From Candidatus Latescibacterota bacterium (GTDB lineage: Bacteria > Latescibacterota > UBA2968 > UBA8231): DNA of 64,000 nt. The translations under genes and the position numbers were made by a program. Positions within the stretch are counted from its first letter, which is position 1; every line of letters begins with the position of its first letter. Shown one piece after another: positions 9,898 through 19,420 of this stretch. The notes under the pieces were generated by a model, which was not told where the DNA came from, did not search any database, and saw nothing but the letters and a program-made list of their open reading frames with translations. The stretch is from positions 256,001 through 320,000 of the forward strand of contig CBDCXV010000001.1 in the NCBI GenBank assembly GCA_965223905.1, written 5' to 3'.

Positions 9898-10721
9898 ACC
9901 TGCGACGGGTCTGCGACCCATCTCTCGGTGCCGCTTCGGGCCAATAGCACCCCGTCCGACAGGGAGGTGAAGTCGCTGCCCGTTTTCACGAACAGGTGCG
10001 GGTCTCTCCGGTACTCGGCGATGCCCTCCGCGAGCACGTCGCAAGCTCGGAGCAAACGGCAGATCGCGTTGCCGGCCGTCCCCTTTCTCACCAGTCCCCG
10101 TCCTTCGAGCAGGCACCCGAACTTGTTGAAGTCGTTGCCGGCGAACCCTTTCTTCGGGCTGAAGGCGCAGGTCGGCAGGCTCCTGCGGGAACCGTCGGCC
10201 TCCACGACCTGTGCCTCGACCGGCACCCACTCGCGGTACGGCACCTTGACCATCTGCTCGACGACGTGAAACTGGGTGCAGCGGGTGTACGGTACGCCGA
10301 GCAGCAGGATATCGGCATCGAGCTCGAACAGCTGCCCGAAGGGGCCGTCGGCGGCCCACGCGGAGGCTCCGTGGCGACAAGTGAGCTCGGCGCTCCGAGG
10401 TCCTGCCGCGGCGACGGAATGAAGGTAGTGCCGGCTGCGCCGGGCATCCGGAAGGCAGCGTACCTCCTCGGAAATCGCTCCCATCTGCGAACGGTCCCGC
10501 CGCGGATCGAAAACCGGGCCGGGATGGGAGAAGGTAAACGCCGGCACTGCCAGGGTGCCGTCGCTTCCGAGCACCTCGCGGATCGCAGCAACCACTTCAT
10601 ACGCTCCGCCGGCGACGCTACCGATGCTGCTCAGCGAGCTGTGCACGAACAGCACCGAGCCCCTGCGCACCCCGATTTCACCGAGGGCGGGGGCGATCTG
10701 TTGTCGCGTTATTCCGGTCAT
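9879..10721 (-). CDS. AAC(3)/YokD-family N-acetyltransferase
   Basis: LFVHSSLSSIG, GTLAVPAFT, MGAISE, RSRHYLHSVAAAG, ILLLGV..CTQFH motifs. Confidence 0.85.
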   Translation of the reverse strand: MTGITRQQIAPALGEIGVRRGSVLFVHSSLSSIGSVAGGAYEVVAAIREVLGSDGTLAVPAFTFSHPGPVFDPRRDRSQMGAISEEVRCLPDARRSRHYLHSVAAAGPRSAELTCRHGASAWAADGPFGQLFELDADILLLGVPYTRCTQFHVVEQMVKVPYREWVPVEAQVVEADGSRRSLPTCAFSPKKGFAGNDFNKFGCLLEGRGLVRKGTAGNAICRLLRACDVLAEGIAEYRRDPHLFVKTGSDFTSLSDGVLLARSGTERWVADPSQVYPADS

Positions 10722-10835
10722 CGTATGATGTAGGCCATGCTGGCGGGGGAAAGCCCATACCACGCTCCGCCATCCGCCTGTTGCGGCCCTTGCTTTCGCG
10801 GTTTCGGGTTGCCGGCGCAAACACTGGAGTCACTC

Positions 10836-11918
10836 ATGGAAAATCAGTATCGGGTCGGAATCGTCGGGTGCGGGGGCATGGGCCGCTCGCATGCCCAGGC
10901 GTTCGCGGGCCTCGATAAAACGTTGGTAGTTGCGGCCTCGGACATCGACGCCCAGGCGGCGCAGGCACTTGCCGTGGAGCATTTCATCCCTGCCGTTTAC
11001 GGCGACTACCGCGAGATGCTGGAGAAGGAGGATCTCGACATCGTCAGCGTACCGACCTGGCAGGGGGTGCGCGCCGAGATCACCGTCGCCGCGGCCCGGA
11101 GCGGCGTCAAGGGGGTGATCGGCGAGAAGCCGATGGCCGATTGTCTCGGCGGCGCCGACGACATGATGGAAGCCTGCAGCAGGCACGGCGTCAAACTGGC
11201 GATCGGGCATCACGGCCGTTTTACGCCAACCCTGAACGAGATTCGCCGGCTGGTCGCCGACGGCGCCATCGGCGAGCCGACGATGCTGTACCATCGCGCC
11301 AAGCCGAATGCCGGGCTGCTCAACACCGGGACCCATGCCGTCGACAGCTGGCGCTACATCCTGGGTGATCCGGAAACCGAGTGGGTCATCGGCAATTTCT
11401 CACGCACCACCGATCGCTGGGAAAGGCGCAGTCCCTGCGAAGATCTGTGCATGGGACTGGTCTGTTTTGCCGGTGGAGCCCGCGGGGTGTACGAAGGGGA
11501 CCTGCCTGAGCCGGCCGCATCGATGCCGGTGATTTCGGGCACCGAAGGCCAGATCCGCACCGAGAACCAGGGCCCTATTCCGTCGGGGCGAATCTTTCTG
11601 CAACGCTTGGATCACAGCTCGTGGATCGAGGTCGAACCTCCCCCGGTGCCGACGACGCAATACCAGGAACTGATCGATTGGATCGAGGGAAAGGTGGCCG
11701 ACCACCGCGGCAACGGTCGCCAGGCGCGGGCAACGCTGGAGGTCCTGATGGGGATCTTCGAGTCGCAGCGCACAAGAAACGTGGTGACCATGCCGTTGCG
11801 GACCCGCGAATTCCCGCTGGACCTGATGATCGCCGACGGCAGCCTGCCGGTGCTGGTAGAGGGGCGTTACGACCTTCGCCGGCCCTTCCCCGAAGAGTTG
11901 GAACGAAGTAAACCATAG
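10836..11918 (+). CDS. Gfo/Idh/MocA oxidoreductase
   Basis: VGIVGCGGMG, GEKPMA, GTHAVD; GGAG RBS. Confidence 0.9.
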   Translation: MENQYRVGIVGCGGMGRSHAQAFAGLDKTLVVAASDIDAQAAQALAVEHFIPAVYGDYREMLEKEDLDIVSVPTWQGVRAEITVAAARSGVKGVIGEKPMADCLGGADDMMEACSRHGVKLAIGHHGRFTPTLNEIRRLVADGAIGEPTMLYHRAKPNAGLLNTGTHAVDSWRYILGDPETEWVIGNFSRTTDRWERRSPCEDLCMGLVCFAGGARGVYEGDLPEPAASMPVISGTEGQIRTENQGPIPSGRIFLQRLDHSSWIEVEPPPVPTTQYQELIDWIEGKVADHRGNGRQARATLEVLMGIFESQRTRNVVTMPLRTREFPLDLMIADGSLPVLVEGRYDLRRPFPEELERSKP

Positions 11919-11935
11919 GCGGACCCGGGAATCTG

Positions 11936-12370
11936 ATGGTGGAAAAAACCGCATACCCGATGTCCGGCCCGATCGCCGGGGAGGGTGCCTTCTCAGGACC
12001 GCTGGCGTTTTCGAACGCCGTCCGCGTCGGCAGCGGTGATCTGCTGTTCGTTTCGGGCCAGCTGGCGTTCGACGACGACATGAACATTGTCGGCACCGGG
12101 GACATGCGCGCGCAGACGAGACAGGTACTGCTCAACATCGGCAAGGCGTTGGAGGCGGCAGGTGCGACCTTCGACGATGTAGTGCGGGTCCAGGTTTTCG
12201 TCACCGATCTGAGCGATTTCCGCGCCATTCACGAGGTGCGCCTCGAGTTCTTCGACCGCGGCCGGCTGCCTTCCTCGACCCTGGTCAAAGTTGCCGGGCT
12301 CGCCCACCAGGACGCCATGATCGAAATCGACGCCGTCGCCGTGGTCGGCCCGGGGGAGGCTGCCGTATGA
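11936..12370 (+). CDS. Rid/YjgF family protein
   Basis: LFVSGQ, QTRQVLLNI..ALEAAGA, IEIDAVA. Confidence 0.9.
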   Translation: MVEKTAYPMSGPIAGEGAFSGPLAFSNAVRVGSGDLLFVSGQLAFDDDMNIVGTGDMRAQTRQVLLNIGKALEAAGATFDDVVRVQVFVTDLSDFRAIHEVRLEFFDRGRLPSSTLVKVAGLAHQDAMIEIDAVAVVGPGEAAV

Positions 12371-12378
12371 GAGGAGCG

Positions 12379-13197
12379 ATGCATCTTTCCGACGCACAAA
12401 TCCGGCAGTTCTGCAACAAGGGGTACGTCGCCGGCCCACCCGTTCTCGACGACAGGCAGATCGACAAGCTGAAGCGCCGAATCGACGGGCTGCTCGACGG
12501 CAGCGTCGACCACCCCGAGCACCTCATGGGGGAAACGGTGGAACGCTCCCGCGCCAAGGGCCAGCTCCCGTCGCAGAAGATCGTCAACCTTTTCCGCTAT
12601 GACCCCGTTTTCGCCGATGTCCTGGCAAACGAGGCTATCGGCAGCCTGGCCCACGACCTCGCCGAAGCGCCGGTGCGCGTCTGGGAGGACCAGATGATCT
12701 ACAAGCCCCCGCGCGAGGAGGCGGCGGTGCTCGCGTGGCATCGCGACTACACCTTCTGGGACCACGTCGGTCCGCCCGAGCTGTTCACCTGCTGGATCGC
12801 CCTCGACGACGCAACCGCCGCCAACGGCTGCATGTGCGTTGTTCCGGGGAGTCACCGGTGGGAGATGCCGTTCAGACGCGAGGACGTCGACGTCGGCGAC
12901 CCGCACTGGGTACTCGAGCAGGAGGGTGTTCCAGAGGGGGCCGATCTCACCCCGGTTCCCTGCGAGGTAAAGGCCGGACACTGCCACTTCCATCACTGCA
13001 GAACCCTCCACGGATCGTACGGAAACAGCACCGACAACCCCCGCTACAGCTACATCCTGCACCTCATGCCCGGCACCACGCGCCGCCTCGGCGACAGCTG
13101 GAACGAGCGCATGGCGCGCGTTGAAAACGTCGACGTCGGCGAGGTGGTGCAGGGCCCGCAATACCCCGAACTGGCCGCGCCGCCGGCAAGCCCATGA
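12379..13197 (+). CDS. Phytanoyl-CoA dioxygenase (PhyH) family Fe(II)/2OG dioxygenase
   Basis: WHRD, WIALDDAT..NGCM.VVPGSH, HGS..N...NPR. Confidence 0.9.
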   Translation: MHLSDAQIRQFCNKGYVAGPPVLDDRQIDKLKRRIDGLLDGSVDHPEHLMGETVERSRAKGQLPSQKIVNLFRYDPVFADVLANEAIGSLAHDLAEAPVRVWEDQMIYKPPREEAAVLAWHRDYTFWDHVGPPELFTCWIALDDATAANGCMCVVPGSHRWEMPFRREDVDVGDPHWVLEQEGVPEGADLTPVPCEVKAGHCHFHHCRTLHGSYGNSTDNPRYSYILHLMPGTTRRLGDSWNERMARVENVDVGEVVQGPQYPELAAPPASP

Positions 13198-14213
13198 GCG
13201 AGCTGAGAATCGGCGTGGCCGGACTCGGCCACGGGCGCACCCTTCTCGGGGCCAACGACCCGCAAGGCCGCGATCTGCCGATGCGGGTGACGGCCCTGTG
13301 CGAGAAGCGGCCGAAGCTCCTGGAAAGCATCGCGCGGGAGTACGGAATCAATCAGGCAACCACGGAGTACGACGAGCTCGTCGCCCGGGACGACCTCGAC
13401 ATCATCGGCATCTACACACCGGGACCTCTGCACTCCGAACAGATCCTCAAGGCCCTCGACGCAGGCAAGCACGTCATGGTCACCAAGTCGATGGTCTACA
13501 CCATGGCGGAGGTCGAAGCGGTCGTCGAGGCCGTCGACCGCTCGGGGCTGGTGCTCCTGGTTACGCAGACGATGCGCGGGCGCTACGACCTGATGGAGGC
13601 AAAGCGCGCCTGCGACGCCGGGGAAATCGGCGAGCTGTTTCTGGGCGAGGCCCATTACATCCACGACCTGCGGCCGGTGTACGACTACTCGCCGTGGCGC
13701 CTCACCATGCCGCAGGACCTCATCCTCGGCGGCGCCTGCCATCCGATCGACCTGCTGCGCTGGTTTTTCGGCGATATCGAGGAGGTGCACTGTTACGGCC
13801 TGCGCAGCGGCGTGGCCCCGGATTACCCCCAGGAGGACAACTTCGTCATCAACGTGCGCTTCGCCGGCGGCGCCATCGGCCGCGTCGCCGCCTTCCTGGG
13901 AATGGTGCATCCCCCGGGCATTGGCGGCATCAGCCTTACCGTGTACGGCACCAGGGGGACCATCCGCGACAACCGCAAGGCGCTCGATCCGCGAGGCCTC
14001 GTTCCCGAGTCGGAACACACCGCTGAATTCCCCGGAGGCCGCGGTCACTACGGCGAGATGCAGGTGATGATGCGCCACATGGCGGACTGCGTTCTGAACG
14101 GGGCGGCCCCGTGGGTAGGCGTACGCGACGGAGCCCGGATCGTGTCGACGGGCCTCTCCTGCTGGGAGTCTCTTCGCAGCGGGGCGCCGGCAAAGGTGCG
14201 CAACGAGTTCTGA
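13194..14213 (+). CDS. Gfo/Idh/MocA oxidoreductase
   Basis: IGVAGLGHG, H...ALDAGKHV, ACHPID; ATGA overlap with upstream gene. Confidence 0.88.
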   Translation: MSELRIGVAGLGHGRTLLGANDPQGRDLPMRVTALCEKRPKLLESIAREYGINQATTEYDELVARDDLDIIGIYTPGPLHSEQILKALDAGKHVMVTKSMVYTMAEVEAVVEAVDRSGLVLLVTQTMRGRYDLMEAKRACDAGEIGELFLGEAHYIHDLRPVYDYSPWRLTMPQDLILGGACHPIDLLRWFFGDIEEVHCYGLRSGVAPDYPQEDNFVINVRFAGGAIGRVAAFLGMVHPPGIGGISLTVYGTRGTIRDNRKALDPRGLVPESEHTAEFPGGRGHYGEMQVMMRHMADCVLNGAAPWVGVRDGARIVSTGLSCWESLRSGAPAKVRNEF

Positions 14214-14244
14214 CTGCGCACCCCAACCCCCACGGCGCAGACCC

Positions 14245-14433
14245 TCACCCCCGCTCGGAAACCAACTGCCCCCCGACGGCCCAATGATCGGACTCGTACT
14301 CTTCGATCACGACCATGGTACCATCGCGCGGGGATTGGCAAATGTCGACAATGGCATCGGTGATGGCGGCGACAAGCTTCTTCTTCTGGTCATCCGAACG
14401 ACCCGGCAGCATCTTGACTTCGATGAATGGCAT
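14245..14433 (-). CDS. 4-oxalocrotonate tautomerase family protein
   Basis: 62 aa, N-terminal catalytic Pro, GRSDDQKKKL, W.VGG. Confidence 0.9.
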   Translation of the reverse strand: MPFIEVKMLPGRSDDQKKKLVAAITDAIVDICQSPRDGTMVVIEEYESDHWAVGGQLVSERG

Positions 14434-14483
14434 GTTGCGCGTCTCCTTCCGGTGTAGCCCACTGGTGTGGAATGATGAGTGTA

Positions 14484-14819
14484 ATGGATCGTGAAACTGT
14501 ATTGCAGTGGCTGGAGAAGTTTCGGGCGGGAACCCTCACCGAGAAAGACCTGGAGCAGGGTCTGGGCGCCAGCCGGACGCAAAGGTTGCTCTACCTGCAG
14601 TGCCGGTCAACAGCGGTCGATTCCGAGGTCCTCGGGATGGCCCTCGTCGAAAACGGAGAGCTCCTGGAGGGTCCCGGGAATCCCGGAGACTGGCCGTACG
14701 CATCGGTTGGTGAAGCAATGAGGGACGGCTGGCGGATCCTGAAATTTCCAGAGCTTTCGTTGCAGCTTCACGAAGACAAGACCGTCGGCTTCGGCTGCGA
14801 ATTCATCCTTGAAAAATGA
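14484..14819 (+). CDS. Hypothetical protein (~111 aa)
   Basis: ORF with coding-like codon use, divergent from the tautomerase; start uncertain (14472/14475/14484). Confidence 0.6.
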   Translation: MDRETVLQWLEKFRAGTLTEKDLEQGLGASRTQRLLYLQCRSTAVDSEVLGMALVENGELLEGPGNPGDWPYASVGEAMRDGWRILKFPELSLQLHEDKTVGFGCEFILEK

Positions 14820-15008
14820 ACCCTTCAAGCTGTTTGGGTCGGCCATTTTGGACGCTCCTGGTCCATTCCCCCGCCGGCAAAAGTCTTCATCGACATGTTC
14901 CGCAAAGGATTCTCGATTCAGAGCTCTCGGAGCGAACGGCTCTGTGACTCGATTCGGGTCAGGTATGTAGCGGATCCTCCAAGGAATCCGTATATGGAAA
15001 AGGAAAAA

Positions 15009-16163
15009 ATGCCATCACCACCTTCGGCATACACCGAGGGGTACGAGAAGGCCCGTCTCTACGACCAGGCGGCGGCCGACAACTATATCAGGCACACCTT
15101 CATTGGCGACCCTGTGCTCGATCCGATAATGGAGGAACTCTCCTCGTTGTCTCCTGGCGACCTGCACCGGTTCATCAAGGCCGGCATAGAACAGCAGGAC
15201 GATGTGCTGCGCCGTGCGCCGCAACCCCTGCGCGATTTCTTCGAAAATCTTGAAGAGCCTCCCTGGCTCGACTACGAAGCCTTTCACTCAGGGCGCCGCG
15301 CCTTTCACGCCAACGTAAACCTCATGCTGGTCGCATTCGTTACCGGAGCGCTGGTGGAAGGCTTTTCGACGCTTATCGCCAAGTCTTTCAATATCACCGG
15401 GCGGGTGGCGTCGACCAAAAGACGCCTCCAGCAGAACAACCGCCACATGATGGATATTTTCTTCCCAGGCGGCCTGCAAAGAGCCGGTGATGGATGGAAG
15501 CTGTCCGTACGCATTCGCTTCGTACATGCTCGAATAAGGAGCATGCTGGCGAAATCCGGCGATTGGAATCACGAAGTCTGGGGCACACCGGTAAGCGCGG
15601 CGCACCTGGGTTTTGCCATCTCCGTCTTCTCCAAGCGCCTGTTGGAGTACTCGTTATTGGTGGGCGCGAGTTTCAACGAGGAAGAAAAAAAAGAGTGTCC
15701 TCGATGTCTGGCGCTACACCGGCTATCTCATGGGGATACCTGAGACCATCCTCTATGCCGACGCCAAAGATGCGGAAGAAGTTTACAAGATCAGCTATAT
15801 GTGCGAGCCGCCGCCGGACGCCGATTCGATAGCCGTGGCGAATATGCTGATCCAGGCCATTCCGGCAGTTGCGGATGTAACAGATCCGGTTGAAAAGGAA
15901 AAATTGACAGGTTTGGCCTACCGCCTTTCGCGCGCCCTCATAGGAAAACGGCTCGCTGACCAGTTCCAGTTTCCAAAGCCCTTTGCAGTGGGAACGCTGT
16001 TCAGTTACCGGATGAAAAACGCATTATTAGACTTCTGAAGGCCAAACAAGTGGTCAGATCAGAAAATTTTACTCAGCTTCTGCAAATTTCTGTGTATGAC
16101 GATGAAGGAGTGAGTTACAAAATGCCCGACCACGTCTACACATCGAAATCCAGCCCCTGGTGA
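15009..16163 (+). CDS. Oxygenase MpaB/Lcp-like (DUF2236) heme protein; two apparent frameshifts (A8 at 15685-15692, A5 at 16015-16019)
   Basis: GDPVLD, PPWLD, G.GWKLSVRIRFVHARIR (heme His), WGTPVS, then WRYTGYLMGIPE in the next frame, then ...YKMPDHVYTSKSSPW* back in the original frame. Confidence 0.8.
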
Positions 16164-16313
16164 GCGATGCCTGGTGTGACCGCCTCCCTTCCGTAACAGG
16201 AAGCCGGAAAATCGGCCGGATGGAACGAAGCCATCCGCGCTCGGCCGTGTCCATAGTGCCGCGCACTCGCATGGTTTAGCTCGCTCTCGCACTTAGTCGG
16301 TGATACTCGGGCG

Positions 16314-18605
16314 ATGACTCCTTCGTCGTTGGACCGCTACACATCCGCCATCTTGCGCCGTCGGTGGCTGGTCGTTGCGCTCGCAACGCTGGTCATGGTG
16401 GCCATGACGGCCGGCGTTCGCTTTATCACCGTTACAAACGATTACCGCGTTCTGTTCAGCGAAGACAATCCGCAACTCGCCGCTTTCGACGCCTTGGAGA
16501 ACACCTACTCCGTCTCCAATACGGCCCTGATCGCCGTTGCGCCGGACGAGGGTTCGGTATTCACCCGCGAGGCGCTTGGCGCGATTGAGGAACTGACCGA
16601 AGCTGCGTGGCGCGCGCCCTATTCCAGTCGCGTCAACTCCCTTACCAACTATACCCATAGCGAAGCACTCGAGGATGAGCTGATTGTCGCCCCGCTCGTG
16701 GAGGACGCCCATTCACTGAGCGATACCGACGCGCCCCGAATTGAGAGGATCGCTCTCGAGGCGCCCGAAATTGCCGGACGCCTGGTCTCCCAGGACGGGG
16801 GCACAGCCGGAGTGTCAATCAACTTCATCCTGCCCGAAAACCCCGATCAGGCAGTGGCCGAAATCACGGATTATCTCGATTCGCTCCTGTCCGAGGCCCG
16901 CACCAACCACCCCGGCATCGAATATTTCGTGACCGGCGATGTGGTCATGAACCGCGCGTTCTCCGATGCCACTCAGGACGACATGCAGACCCTCACTCCT
17001 GTCGTTTTCCTCATCATCGTAGGCGCGACAATCATTCTCCTGCGCTCGGTTCTAGCCACCGTGGCCATCGTCGCCGTGCTCCTGTTTGTCATCAACACCA
17101 CCATGGGGTTCGCCGGCTGGAACGGCGTGGTCTTCAGCCCTACCAACGCGGGGGTGCCGATCATTGTCATGGTCATAGCCATCGCGGATTCAATCCACAT
17201 CGTCACGAGTGTCCTGTTATGTATAAGGCGCGGTATGGACAGAAAAACGGCGATAGCCGAGTCCGTTCGTATCAATGCCTATCCGGTATTTCTAACCTCG
17301 GTCACGACGGCGATTGGATTCCTCACCCTCAACGCCTCGGATTCTCCTCCATTTCACGTCTTGGGGAATTACGTGGCGTTCGGTGTGTTATCCGCCTACG
17401 TCTACACCATGACGTTCCTGCCCGCATTGCTCTCGATTCTGCCATTGCGCGCCGCCCGTGCCCCGTCTGACAAGACTGCTTTCTTCGACCGCTTCGCGGA
17501 CTTTGTCATTGCCCGAAATAGATTCCTGCTTGGCTCCGTCACCTTGGTGGTGGTGATCCTGATATTCGGGATTCCGCGTATCGAGCTGAGCGATAACATG
17601 GCGCAGTACTTCGATGATCGTTACCAGTTCCGGCGCGATACGGACTTTGTCATTGAAAATCTGACCGGCCTGGACAAACTGGAATATTCGCTGAACTCGG
17701 GCCGCGAAGGGGGCATCACCGATCCGGAGTATCTGCGCAAGGTTGAGGCTTTCGCCGAATGGTACCGGAAGCAACCGGAAGTGACCCACGTCCAGGCATT
17801 TTCCGACATCATGAAACGTCTCAACAAGAACATGCACGGGGACGATCCGGCTTTCTATCGCCTTCCTGAAGACCCGGATCTCGCAGCGCAGTACCTATTG
17901 CTTTACGAACTTTCCCTTCCGTTCGGCAGCGACCTCAACGACCGCATCGACGTCGCAAAATCCTCCACTCGCCTTGTGGTCGTGACCAGGAATGCCTGGT
18001 CTCGAGATATACGGGAACTCGACAAGCGGGCCCAGGAATGGCTCCAGGGCAATATCCCTGCCTTTGCCCACGGAGCATCCGGGCTCAGTGTCGTCTTCGC
18101 GCACCTGTCACTGCGGAACATCAACAGCATGTTGCGTGGCACGATCGTGGCCATGGCCCTCATTTCGTTTATCCTGATTTGGGTATTCAAAAGCGTTCGG
18201 ATCGGGCTCCTCAGTCTGCTTCCGAATTTCATCCCTGCCATCATGAGCTTCGGCCTGTGGGGTTATATCGTAGGCCATGTCGGTATCGCCTCCTCCGTGG
18301 TCATCGCCGTTGTATTCGGAATAGTCGTCGACGACACCATTCACTTCCTGAGCAAATATCTGAAGGCCCGCAGGGAGGGCCATTCAGCGCAGGAATCCGT
18401 GCGCTCCGCCTTCCACACCGTAGGCCATGCTTTATCGACTACGACCGCAGTTCTGTCGGCTGGCTTTCTCGTGTTCGCCACATCGGGATTCGAGGTCAGT
18501 TGGGCACTCGGTCTTCTGGTAACGATCACCATCGTCTTCGCGCTTGTAGCCGACTTTCTTCTTCTTCCGACACTGTTGATGGCCATCGACCGGAGAAATC
18601 CATGA
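16314..18605 (+). CDS. MMPL/RND-family transporter
   Basis: 763 aa, two TM bundles with periplasmic domains, IADSIHI and VDDTIHFL motifs. Confidence 0.92.
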   Translation: MTPSSLDRYTSAILRRRWLVVALATLVMVAMTAGVRFITVTNDYRVLFSEDNPQLAAFDALENTYSVSNTALIAVAPDEGSVFTREALGAIEELTEAAWRAPYSSRVNSLTNYTHSEALEDELIVAPLVEDAHSLSDTDAPRIERIALEAPEIAGRLVSQDGGTAGVSINFILPENPDQAVAEITDYLDSLLSEARTNHPGIEYFVTGDVVMNRAFSDATQDDMQTLTPVVFLIIVGATIILLRSVLATVAIVAVLLFVINTTMGFAGWNGVVFSPTNAGVPIIVMVIAIADSIHIVTSVLLCIRRGMDRKTAIAESVRINAYPVFLTSVTTAIGFLTLNASDSPPFHVLGNYVAFGVLSAYVYTMTFLPALLSILPLRAARAPSDKTAFFDRFADFVIARNRFLLGSVTLVVVILIFGIPRIELSDNMAQYFDDRYQFRRDTDFVIENLTGLDKLEYSLNSGREGGITDPEYLRKVEAFAEWYRKQPEVTHVQAFSDIMKRLNKNMHGDDPAFYRLPEDPDLAAQYLLLYELSLPFGSDLNDRIDVAKSSTRLVVVTRNAWSRDIRELDKRAQEWLQGNIPAFAHGASGLSVVFAHLSLRNINSMLRGTIVAMALISFILIWVFKSVRIGLLSLLPNFIPAIMSFGLWGYIVGHVGIASSVVIAVVFGIVVDDTIHFLSKYLKARREGHSAQESVRSAFHTVGHALSTTTAVLSAGFLVFATSGFEVSWALGLLVTITIVFALVADFLLLPTLLMAIDRRNP

Positions 18606-19420
18606 ACAGCGCATGTTTCCCGGCGCTTCCGTTTTTCGCGTCCTGCCTGGTCATTCTGGCTTGTCTTTGCGCGCCGGCACCCGCTCGTTCCGAAAGCTCC
18701 ACTCCCGAGGAAACCGGGCTGCAAATCGCTCGCGATTCCCGCGCCCGCGAGGAAGGCTTCGGGAACTTTACGGCCCGGCAAACCATGGTGCTGCGCAACA
18801 AGCACGGACAGGAGAGCCGGCGTCAGCTCCGGGTAAAGGTTCTCGAGGTTTCCGGGGAAGGCGACAAAAGCCTTTTCGTGTTCGATGAACCGCGCGATGT
18901 GCAGGGAACGGCCTTGCTCGTTCACGCCCAAAGGGAAAGCGCGGACGATCAGTGGCTGTATCTGCCTGCACTGAAAAGGGTAAAGCGCATCAGTTCCTCG
19001 AACCGGTCCGGTTCCTTCATGGGCAGTGAGTTTGCCTATGAAGACATGACCGCCCAGGAAGTTGAGAAATTCACCTACCGGTACCTGCGCGACGAGCCTT
19101 GCGGCGATTTGACATGCACGGTCTCCGAACGCTTCCCCGTGGACAAGAAGTCCGGCTACAAGCGCCAGGTGGTCTGGTGCGACAAGGACGAACTTCGCGT
19201 CCGGAAGGTCGAGTACTACGATCGCAAGGATGCCCATCTCAAGACCCTGACCTTGGGGAACTACGAGCAGTACCTCGACCGTTACTGGCGCGCCGGCGAG
19301 ATGACGATGGAAAACCATCTGACCGGAAAGAGTTCCGTTCTGACCTGGACGGACTTCCAGTTCCGGACCGACCTCGACGACCGCGACTTCACACGGACCG
19401 GGCTGAGACGGGCCCGTTGA
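18602..19420 (+). CDS. Outer-membrane lipoprotein-sorting (LolA-like) periplasmic protein
   Basis: Signal peptide, P.DV.GT.LL, DDQWLYLPALKRVKRI, SFMGSEFAYED; ATGA overlap with the transporter. Confidence 0.88.
   Translation: MNSACFPALPFFASCLVILACLCAPAPARSESSTPEETGLQIARDSRAREEGFGNFTARQTMVLRNKHGQESRRQLRVKVLEVSGEGDKSLFVFDEPRDVQGTALLVHAQRESADDQWLYLPALKRVKRISSSNRSGSFMGSEFAYEDMTAQEVEKFTYRYLRDEPCGDLTCTVSERFPVDKKSGYKRQVVWCDKDELRVRKVEYYDRKDAHLKTLTLGNYEQYLDRYWRAGEMTMENHLTGKSSVLTWTDFQFRTDLDDRDFTRTGLRRAR

Noticed and set aside
9879-10721. Aminoglycoside resistance gene
   Set aside because: The AAC(3)/YokD family includes many non-resistance members, and there is no mobile-element context
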